Source: Squalus acanthias
Lineage: Eukaryota
Reading direction: 5' to 3'
Assembly (NCBI GenBank): GCA_030390025.1
Contig: CM059432.1
Coordinates: 86,430,001 to 86,494,000, forward strand
Length of the DNA: 64,000 nt
The notes under the pieces were generated by a model. That model did not search any database. It was given only the letters and a program-made list of their open reading frames with translations, and was not told the origin of the DNA. This document shows, piece after piece, positions 38,053-48,892 of the stretch. Every line of letters begins with the position of its first letter. Position 1 is the stretch's first letter. The translations under genes were made by a program, and so were the position numbers.

Positions 38053-41000
38053 GGATTAATTAATGATCTCATAGTAAAGGATCCCCTAGGAAAGAGTGAT
38101 CATAGCATGGCAGAATTTCAAATTCAGTTTGAGGGTGAGAAACTTGGGTCTGAAACTAGTGTCCTAAACTTAAATAAAGGCAATTACAAGGGTATGAGGA
38201 TAGAGTTGGCTAAAGTGGACTGGGGAAATAGATTAAAGGGTAAGACAGTAGATCAGCAGTGGCAGACATTTAAGGAGATATTTCATAAATCTCAGCAAAG
38301 GTATATTCCAGTGAGAGAGAAAGGCTCTACGAGAAGGATGCACCACCCGTGGCTAACTAAGGAAATTAAGGATGGTATCAAATTGAAAGAAAAGGCATAC
38401 AATGTTGCGAAGATTAGTGGTAGGCCAGAGGATTGGGAAATTTTTAGAAACCGGCAAAGGATGACTAAAAAAATTATAAAGAGGGAGAGATAGAGTATGA
38501 GAGTAAATTAGCAAATAATATAAAAACAGACAGTAAGAGCTTCTGCAGGTATATAAAAAGGAAGAGAGTAGCTAAAGTAAACGTTGGTCCCTTAGAGGAT
38601 GAGACTGGGGAATTAATAATGGGAAATAGAGAAATGGCAGAGACTCTAAACAATTATTTTGGATCGGTCTTCACGGTAGAAGACACTAAAAACATCCCAA
38701 TAATAATAGATAATCAAGGGGCTATAGGGAGGGAGGAACTTAAAACAATCTCTGTCACTAGAGAAAAAGTACTAGGCAAACTAATGGGGCTAAAGGCCGA
38801 CAAGTCCCCTGGACCTGATGGCCTGCATCCTAGGGTCTTAAAAGAAGTGGCTGCAGAAATAGTCGATGCGTTGGTTGTAATCTACCAAAATTCCCTGGAT
38901 TCTGGAGAGGTCTCAGCGGATTACAAAACCGCAAATATAACGCCACTATTCAAGAAAGGAGGGAGACAGAAAGCAGGAAACTATAGACCAGTTAGCCTAA
39001 CATCTGTCATTGTGAAAATGCTGGAATCCATTATTAAGGAGGTAATAGCAGGACATTTAGAAAATCATAAGACAATCAAGCAGAGTCAATATGGTGTTAT
39101 GAAAGGGAAATCGTGTTTGACAAATTTGCTAGAGTTCTTTGAGGATGTAACACAGGGTGGATAAAGGGGAACCAGTAGATGTAGTGTATTTGGATTTCCA
39201 GAAGGCATTCGATAAGGTGCCACAAAAAAGGTTACTGCACAAGATAAGAGTGCACGGGGTTGGTTGTAATATATTGGCATGGATAGGGGATTGGCTAACT
39301 AACAGAAAACAGAGAGTCGGGATAAATGGGTCATTTTTCGGTTGGCAATCAGTAACTAGTGGGGTGCTACAGGGATCAGTGCTGAGGCCTCAACTATTTA
39401 CAATCTATATTAATGACTTGGATGAAGGGACCGAGTGTACTGTAGCCAAATTTGCTGATGATACAAAGATAGGTGGGTTAGCAAGTTGTGAGGAGGACAC
39501 TTAGGGCTGGATTTTACCATCCCTGAGGAGGCGGGTCTGCTGGGAAAATGGGAAAAATTGGGAGCGGGTCCCAACCCCGCTCCCAACCTGCCTCCGAACC
39601 ATCTTCCCAGGAGGCGGGTCCCCGACTCGCGCAGGGACCCGTCTCCTAGCGGCGGGAAGGGGATTAGAGCCAATTAACTGCCTGTTAACAGGTAGTTAAC
39701 AGGCAGTTAAGAGGCCTTTCCCCATTTTTCGCCTGCTGATGCGGCCTTCCCGATGTTGGGAAACCCCGCCAGGGTCAGCGAGGCGAGCTGTGGGTCTGCT
39801 GCAGTGTAAGTGTGCAAATGATAGCTGCAGAGGTAGTGTGATGGGTGCAATGGTGCACAGGTAAGTATGACAGGTGAGAGAATGTAGTGAGAAATATTTT
39901 TATTCTGTTTATATGTATCTGCAGGTGACAAGATTTGATGTTTCTGTGAAGCCTCATCTGATTGGCAGAATTGACAGATGGCTTCTGCAATCTCACATGC
40001 AGCTGCCATCTGTTTTCTCCTAAGGGGTCATTGGTGAGCCTGGGTGCCTGTACCTTTGGACAGTGATTGTCAGTGTTTGACAGCACCTCAATGTTGTCAA
40101 ACACTGTCAAATCATCTGTCAAAAAATTATGGTGTATGTCACTTTAACAAAACCGGCAGATGAAGCGTCATGCACTGACGTCATCTGACACCGGCTTTCC
40201 CTTTATGACCGGCAAGCCCGCAGGGCGGGCCTAACAAGGCCAATCAGGGGGAAATAGCGTCAGGTCGTCAGACGTCGCTGGGGGTGGGACTAGAACCCGG
40301 AAACCAGCAGTCCCACCCCCAACGCGCCTCCTCAGGTAAGATCCCGGCCAAAGAGTCTGCAAAGGGATGTAGATAGGTTAAGTGAGTGGGCAAAAATTTG
40401 GCAGATGGAGTATAATGTGGGAAAATGTGAGGTTATCCACTTTGGAAGGAAGAATGAAAAAGCAAATTATTATTTAAATGGAGTGAGACTACAAAATGCT
40501 GCGGTACAGAGGGATCTGGGGGTCCTACTACATGAAACACAAAAAGTTAGCATGCAGGTACAGCAAGTAATTAGGAAGGCTAATGGAATGTTGGCCTTTA
40601 TTGCAAGGGCTATGGAGTATAAAAGTAGGGAAGTTTTGATGCAACTTTACAGGGCGCTGGAGTATTACGTACAGTTTTGGTCTCCATATTTAAGGAAGGA
40701 TATACTTGCATTGGAGGCAGTGCAGAGAAGGATCACTAGGTTGAATCCTGGGATGAAGGGGTTGACGTATGACGAAAGGTTGAGCAGGTTGGGCCTATAG
40801 TCATTGGAGTTTAGAAGAATGAGAGGTGATCTTATTGAAACATATAAGATTCTGAGGGGGATTGACAGGGTGGATGCTGAGAGGATGTTTCCCTTAGTGG
40901 GGGAATCTAGAACTAGGGGGCATAGTTTCAGAATAAGGGGTCGCCCATTTAAGATGGAGATGAGGAGGAATTTCTTCTCTCAGAGGGCCGTGAATTTTTG

Positions 41001-41212
41001 GAATTCTCTACCCCAGAGAGCTGTGGAGGCGGAGTCATTGAATATATTCAAGGCGGAGATTGACAGACATTTGAACTACAAGGGAGTCAAGGGGTAAGGG
41101 GAGAGAGTGGGAAAGTGGTGTTGAGGCCAAGATTGGATCAGCCATGATCTTATTGAATGGCGGAGCAGGCCTGAGAGGCCGATTGGCCTACTCCTGCTCC
41201 TGTTTCTATAAG
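38053..41212 (+). mobile_element. 5'-truncated CR1 LINE (CR1-c), split by element E
   Basis: APE end to RT (FADDTKIGG...CEEDT), resuming AAAGAGTCTGCAAAGG at 40350; CR1 3' end at ~41140-41212. Confidence 0.95.
39504..40349 (+). mobile_element. Harbinger-type non-autonomous element E (846 bp), paralog of D
   Basis: TIRs GGGCTGGATTTTACC / rc GGCCGGGATCTTACC (12/15). It cleanly interrupts the CR1-c ORF2; flanks TTA/AAA. Confidence 0.9.
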
Positions 41213-42094
41213 TACTAAAGAGTGTCTGAAATTGCACAGCAGCATGAGTCACAATCTTTAGGAGAGGCAGGCGGTATGATATACCTTTAATTAAGATTTG
41301 CAATTTTAAGAACTGTTATTGTTTGGAGCCAAACTGTCTGGAGCAGTTTTCAGTTGTGCAATATTCTCAGTGATTAAGATTCAGACATGGAATACTCAGC
41401 TCTTCTCGTCTGTTCCTGTATTTTTTTAATTAGGTAAACAATTTCATGATATTTAGATTTTGTGAAGGAATTGCACAAGTTTTAGATTTAACCTTGGTGG
41501 AGCAACTGTAAAATTGCTAGTTGCTGCAACTTAGTTATACAAACTAAATGCCTTGTGATCTGACAAGATAAAGTGGCAAGGAAACAATGTTGTGCAGTGT
41601 AAAATAGATGCTGTTACAAGTGGCTTCTGAAATGCCTATTATGTATTAAAATGGTGAGTGGTCACAACATTCTAATGGTATTGTGCCGTAGGTGGCACTG
41701 TGAGGGTCACGTTATGTGATTGATTAATTTAGATGATAAAGAATGCACTCCCACTCCCCAGCAGCAGTAGTGATCCTGGAACCCCCTCACCCCCAATTTT
41801 GGACTGAGGGCTTCTTTCCGCTGCCCCTGTTAGTAGCATCTTGGTACGTTCGGGATTATGAGAATAGGGGTTGGGAGGTGGCTCTGAGAGAGGATCAGAG
41901 ACTGGGAATTGGGGTTCGGGAGATTGGGGCGTGGGGGGGGGATGGGGGGGGGGGGGTGTGTGGGGCCCAGCATTTCCTGCAGAGCCGGAAGCAGCAGCAG
42001 CAACATGGTGAGTGGGAGCGGTGCTGACAGAGGAACAGCCAATATAGGGGTGAGTGAAACCTGGGGACTTTACTGTGGGTGAAAGATTATTTCC

Positions 42095-42765
42095 AACAAC
42101 AATAACAACAACTTGTATTTATATAGCGCCTTTAAAGTAGTAAAACATTCCAAGGCGCTTCATAGGAGTGTCATAAAACAAAATTTGACATTGAGCCACA
42201 TAAGGAGATATTAGGGCAGATCACCAAAATCTTGGTCAAAGAGGTAGATTTTAAGGAGCGTCTTAAAGGAAGAGAGGTGGAGAGGTTTAGGGAGGGAATT
42301 CCAGAGCTTAAGGCCTTGGCAGCTGAAGGCACGGCCACCAATGGTGGAGCGATTAAAATCAGGGATGCACAAGAGGTCAGAATTGGAGGAGCGTAGATAT
42401 CTCGGGGGGTTGTAGGGCTGGAGGAAATTACAGAGATAGGGAGGGTTGAGGACATGGAGGGATTTGAAAAGAAGGATGAGAATTTTAAAATCGAGGCGTT
42501 GCTTAACCGGGTGCCAATGTAGGTCGGCGAGCACAGGGGTGATGGGTGAACAGGACTTGGTGAAGTAGGGAGAGCCGTTGGAGCGATTTGTAAACAAGAG
42601 TTTTGAATGCAATGTGCTGGGGTTTAGAAAACCAGTGGAGATCAGCGAGGACTGGAGTGGTGGGTGAATAGGACTTTGTATGGAATAGGATACAGGATGA
42701 GTCGGGGTTTGTGGATGGTACAGATAGGGAGGTTGGCTCGGAGAGCATTGGAATAGAGACAGTAA
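42095..42765 (-). mobile_element. L2-clade LINE 3' fragment(s)
   Basis: SPITPVLADLHWHPVKQRLDFKILILLFKSL...GGRAFS...LWNSLP and a (GTT)n tail. A second, older PVLADLHW block lies at ~42570-42765. Confidence 0.9.
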
Positions 42766-43741
42766 GTTCTCCTGGAATCCTGGGCAACTTTCCTCCTTCA
42801 GTAAACAGTAAAGCAGATTAACTCACCATTCACCTCAATTGTTTGGGGGATATTGCTGTGTGTAAAATGGCTGCCACATTTGCCTATATAACACTCAATG
42901 CACTTCATTGTAGTTGAAGAGCTTTAAGGTGCTTCTGAGAGATGTAACAAGGCTATGTACAAAGGCAATTCTTAATGACAGTTGGTTTCGGAAGTGGAAA
43001 TATACTTTTTTGATGTTGGACTGGAGGCGAGTTTTGAATTTCACCTCATGAATTGAGCAGGATATCGAGGTTGCACGTTGTTGGGCTCAGTCTAAGTGAG
43101 CAGGTGGGGAGGGGGTGGACGTGGGGGTGAGGGTGCAGAGTTTCTGGTGAATACCATACAGGGTGGCTATGGCTGAGTTATACTGCTGGTTGCATATCAT
43201 TCTCTGCTCAGCAACATGTGTGATTGTATGTATGAACAGAGCTCTACCATTGGGCTCCTGAACGCTGATTACATTTTTAATGTCAGGAGAGAGCGGTGAA
43301 AGCGTGAACTCTCTCCCAACATTAAGAAACTTTAAACTTGCCTTCACACTAGACTGCACACTAGGCAGGCAAGGTGAAACTCAAGTGATGAGAGACCCTA
43401 TCCTGGAGATAGTCTCGTATCTCTTACTTTAAGTGTAGTCCATAATCCAAACACCAACCTGACTTCTAAGTTATAATTAGTTTTATATCAATGCACATCT
43501 GAAATTGTTTCACATTGGCACAAAAGTGGCAGTATAACTGGTTCATAAGGCACTTTGAAAACATTTCAAATCAATTGCTGTTTCTTGTCTTAGTTTCTCT
43601 TGGCTGCCATTTGCTTCAGCCTTCTGTCTGCCCTATTAGGTTGGGAGACTGAACGATAGTAACATTCATCTGTTTAATTATAGCAGAAATGTCAAGCAAA
43701 AAACATGCTGTAACATGTTCCTGGAGACATGTCACCAATTA

Positions 43742-44089
43742 AGACTTGCCTTTATATACAGGCTTATCGCATTGCTCAGAAGCATCACAAAGCCTACAAT
43801 AAACTACTTTGAAGTGTAGGGAGTCCTGTTATAAAGGCATCTATTTTGCATACAGCAAAATTCTACAAACGACAATTAAACTGAGCAATGAATTAATCTG
43901 TTTCTGATGGTTTTGACTGAAGGAGGAGAGTTGGCCAGGATTCAAGAGCTTCCTGCTCCTAGTGTCATAGGATCTTTATCATTTCCCTGAACAACTGGAA
44001 CTGGTACTCAGGGCCTTGGTTTAATGTCACATCTGAAGGACCGCACCTCTAACAATACAGCACTGCCACCGTATTGCATTGGAAACATT
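43742..44089 (-). mobile_element. Decayed SacSINE1-like SINE
   Basis: Tail and Deu-domain similarity to the 61432 copy; it ends at element F. Confidence 0.7.
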
Positions 44090-46462
44090 GGCCTGATATT
44101 AATCTGAAGGCGGCATCCGTGGGGGAGTGGAATTGCGACGGGGAGATCCAGAGGTCAACTAAGTGGGTCGGAATTTGCGATCGCAACTCAATTGAACCAA
44201 TTAATACTGACTTCCGGGTTTCTCATCTCCAAGCTGTGCTGTGGGCGTGATGCGCGCCCGCATGATGCAATCTCAACAGTATTTAAAGGGGCTGCCACAA
44301 ATAGTGCAGCTCACAGAGAAGGATGCCCTGGAGATAAGTGGCACATCTGCATCCCTCTCAGTCAGAGATAGAGAGACAGGGAGCTTGCAGATAGCTGGTG
44401 ACAGACTTACAAATATCTTTGACACACATAGGCTGACTTCATTTCATCAATGACTGAACTATGAGAAGATTGTGACTTTGTCATGAATAGATCATATCCC
44501 TTTCTTTTGTCTTCCAGGGCCTTCAAATGTCGCAGGACATCCATGAGGACGATTCCTCAGAGGACCTCATTCCTTCTGTGGATGCACAATCACAGGACCT
44601 ACAGCCATGCACCAGCGCAGATACTCGCACTTAGGTGTGTTCACTTAGAGAGTTAGTTGAGTTTTCACCTGGTGATTCACACCTCACAAGCAGACACTGG
44701 TAGCAGCGACAGCTGTGGAGAGTTTGAGTCAGGGGGTGCAATCCTCTCCAAGCTCTACTCAGCTGGACACTGATGCTGAACCCCGGGGGCTATCGTTGAG
44801 AAGGAGAATGCTAGAGGTGCATCAGCAACTTTGCCAGGTACTGACAGACGTGTCATGCACACTCTCCACGATAGCGGAGAGGATAGAGGACTCCAACTCG
44901 ATCGCTAGTGGATTACTGGTGCAGTGAATTGCAAGAATGTCTGCCATGGAGAGAGAGTCTGCCTCCATGGAGCTTCAAGCAAGGCTCTCAAATGAGTCTA
45001 TGCAGGCCATGACAATGGCCGTGCAGACTTTGGATACCAACTTGTCTCCTGCCTTAAACAGAATGAGGTATACCGTATCCGTGGCCTTACAAGGCGCTAT
45101 TGATCTTCACCAATCTGGTCTGCAGCAGAGTGGTAGGAGTGAAGTGGCGCTGATCAGAGATAGGGATGATGGCGAAAGGGGACATGGAAGTGGGAACTCC
45201 ACTCAAAGCGCTCCCACTTCTCACCTGTTGCTCCCCTTCCCCAGCCAGTACCTGACATGCTGCCTCGTCACCCAATGGCCAAATCTGCCCCTGCACAGGT
45301 GCAGCTGGAGCAGTCTTTGGCAGAATCCTCAGGGGCTCGAAATCCCAGAGGTCGTATGTAAAAAGCATCTCAGCAGTCAAGGCAGGGATCTGAACAACCT
45401 GCCTCTCTCTCTGCTGAAGCCACACGGGATGTACCACGTAGAAGCGGTAGGAAGCGTAAGTTGAAGAAACTGTAATTCACCAAGGGTATGCACATGGGTG
45501 TTTGACAAAATGTTATGTTGTTGTTTCCTTTTTTTTATAATGCTGCACAAAATTTAAAGATTTGCACCATTCCACATCTTGCCCATTATTACATCCCGAG
45601 GGCCAACTCGCCCTTTCACTTGTTTCATGATGAATATCAATACATTCATTGGGCGGATATGCAATGGGTGGATGAGTGGTTGAAGCACTGTTTAGTGGAA
45701 AGGGAGGGGGGGGGGTGCGGTTGGTGCTGGACCACGGGATTTCATTTCTTATGTTTCACACTCGATGATTCTTCGCGATATTAGAACATCCGTGCCATCC
45801 CTGGCAGCAATGTAAGCGGCTGGTCTGGCGATGGATGCCCTTCTTCATCCTCCTGCTCCTCCTCCTCTATGTTCTCCTCATCCGAAGATGAGTGATAAGC
45901 CCCTTTGTCCTCCTCTACCTGCAAACCTCCCTCCTGTGGACCTCTCTACTGTGCACATGCTGATCCCACCACAGCACGTGGATGGTGATGGTTTTCCTCT
46001 TCTGATGTGTTGTCAAACACATCCAAGGCGCCTCCCATCCTGATCTTGTCAATTTTAAATCCTCCAAGGTTGACAAAAGCTGTAACCACACAAGCACTCC
46101 CTGCCAGACATTTGCCAGAGGGAACTGAGACAGCAGCTGCAACAAGTGAGCTTTTATTCAGATGGGACCTCTGTTTCCCTTGTCAGATTCCCAAGCCACG
46201 GAAAACCCATCCTGCTCAAGTAAAATTTGGAGCCAAATTAATAAATACCTCATTAACATCTTTTAAGGATGTTAATTGAGCCAATAACTACCCGTTCACA
46301 TCCAATTAGGAAAGTCCCTGACTTCAGTGAGTAGGTTTCTCACGAGTATCCAAACATGCCTCCGTTAAACCCAGAAGTGGACGCATTGGAGCCGGGTTGC
46401 GGCCCCGCTTTTACCACTCACCTGCTCCCAACCCACCAGCTCTTGGGGGTTAAAGTTCCCCC
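44090..46462. mobile_element. Harbinger element F: old, deleted; Myb-like exons 2-3 on +, transposase C-terminal remnant on -
   Basis: LTEKDALEISG...|GTGACA, Met-rich MERESASMELQ, PRRSGRKRK end; weak TIRs; ATT duplication (44087-44089, 46463-46465). Confidence 0.75.
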
Positions 46463-46639
46463 ATTGAGTTTATTGACCAGTGATTGGTGAATTTCAGTTC
46501 TTTTATCTCATTGTTGCTACCAGTTATAAATATGCACAGTAACCAGATCATAGAATATGCTCCCTTTCATAAAATCTTTCAGAGAGACAGTAAATGAAAG
46601 ACTCTTTCCAAACAGCAAGTGAATAAATGACCAGATAAT

Positions 46640-47405
46640 GACTTGGAGTTTCCGCTAGGTTGTGCTGGTTTTTCTAGTGCAATTCGCCCAAAATCAAGCA
46701 AACCAGCGCAAAAGATCGAGGAATTTCAAGCGCAAATTACGTCCAGCGCAAATCGAGTTTTCACGATCTTTTGCATTAGTTTAAAAAACATCGTGCTGGA
46801 AGCTGGTCTCACCCACAAAGCTGGCCACGCCCCCCAGATCGAATTAATCACCATGGCGAGTTTCCGCTAATTCCACCCGTTTGCGGGCCTTCGAGGAGGC
46901 TCTAAAAATTAAGCTTTTTTTTTGGTGCAGCAACACTAATAGACACCTTTTAAAAGCTATTAAATATTAAAAATTATTAAATATTAAAAATTATTTAATT
47001 TACTAAGAATCTGACTACTGTACACCAATGAAACTAGTAAATGGTTCTGTATAGTTTTTTAAATTTATTTTCAGTTATTTAAAATCGGGTTAGTCACAGC
47101 TGGTGGACTAGACACTGATTAAAAATGCTTATTTTTTGTGATACATCTATTTTCAGCTGTATTAATAAAACTGCACCAGGTTACCACTCTTAAATATATC
47201 AAGCAATATTCTTTAACACAAAATTTTTTTTTTTTTTAAATTACGTTCTAAAACACTGCCCAATTGCACTGGTTTATGGAGGATTTTACGCTCGGAGATA
47301 GGCAAATGAGTTTGAGCGGAAACTGGCAAAAAAAATTTGATTTGGAAAACTAGCGCAATTTTGAGCACAATTTGCCGATTGCACCCAGAGTGGAAATTCT
47401 ACCCC
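46640..47405. mobile_element. Harbinger-type MITE inserted in a SacSINE1-like copy
   Basis: TIRs GACTTGGAGTTTCCGCT / rc GGGGTAGAATTTCCACT, AAT duplication and AGCGCAA subterminal repeats. SINE sequence continues on both sides (~46605-46639, 47406-47640). Confidence 0.75.
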
Positions 47406-48892
47406 AATATGATTTTTGGTAATGATGGTTAAGGAAGGATGCTGGCCAGGACACCGGAGGAAATCCCTGCTCTTCTTCAAATACTGGCATGGGATCCTTT
47501 AATGCCCACTTGAACAGGTAGTCAGGGCCTCGGTTTAACATCTCATTTAAAAGATGACATGTTTGATTATACATCATTCCCTCACTACTGCCCTAAAGCG
47601 TCAGCCTACATTATGGTGCTCAAGTCTCAATGGGCCTTAAACCTAAAAAGAGATGAGATACCAAGCAGGGGATATATCTTAATTTTCACAGTATATTATC
47701 CCTCCCATACAGTGCTGCCATTTCAGGCTTCTGCTTGTGGCAAGAGCAAGTGCAATTACGTGATTTATAGGAGTGACCCATTATTGATCCAGAGCAGCTG
47801 CATTTATATGGATAGGTATAAATAATAGAGCTATTCTGCGACATAGAGGTTCAGAACAGCCTGTGTACGATAAATCAGAGGTGCCTAAGTACTGGCTGGA
47901 TACTACTGTGTTATCAGCTAGTGCTGCTTTTCTCTGGTTCAGATTGGATTGGCCTCCAGAGCAGTTTTAATTGCCGAGCTCTGTTTAAATTAAAAAAAAA
48001 ACCTATGATGTGCACAGCCCACTCCTATAATCCTTGCTGTCAAAGCAGCTTCAGGCGGAAGTAGGAACTAGCTTTGGCATTTCTCCAGCAGAGTGGAAAC
48101 ATATGACCAAAAGAAGACATCTCTTTCCATGCAGGAGATACCTTCATTTTTTTTTTTAATTATATAGATAGGGAACAGCCTTTTTGCCTAAGGCCCACTC
48201 ACTATTAAAAACTATTGTGATGCCATTGGTAGAGGCCGAAAAGGGAAAGGATTTAGTAGTGATCATTGGTCATATTTTGAAAGCGTCTGGATAATCCGAG
48301 GCAGTTATTAATAAGGCAAATCAGGTTCTGGCGTGCAGTGGACCATGTCAGAACAATTTACATTGACAGTTGTATTGATCACTAGTGAGGCTAATTCGAG
48401 AGTACAGTGCAGAATTTGGCCACCTTACCTCAAAAAGGATAGAGATGATATAAGAAAGGCTTCAGAAAAGTGTGGGATAATTCTGGGGGACTAAATTATG
48501 GGAAACCCAGCCCACAGCAGTTAAACCTGAAAGTCTGTAAACATTTGAGGCACTCAGCCTCATTAGCATATTTAAATGACTGACCCACCTCTTGAGAACA
48601 GGTTAGTCGACTGCCATCCATCCCGCCTTCGTTAAAACTGGAAGTGGCACATTGGAGGCGGGTTTCCGATTTTTTTAATTTTAATCCCCCCGCCATACTG
48701 GTTTCTCCAATCTTTCCCCAACTGGGGATCCTTATCTCTTCTTTGCACGGCCTGCAGGACTTGAATGTCCCTCTTATGTCTAGATGACCAGAACTAGATG
48801 GATATTTAATACCATCTTTCTGTAGCGTGTGTATGTCAGGTGAGTTAGATTTGTGACTGTATTGTGGGCCCTATTTTCAAAGCTTTTTTCCC

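Noticed and set aside
40098..40110. AACACTGTC match to the miR-141/200a 5' end in the hairpin arm
   Set aside because: Short match positioned mid-arm rather than at a plausible Dicer cut; likely chance.
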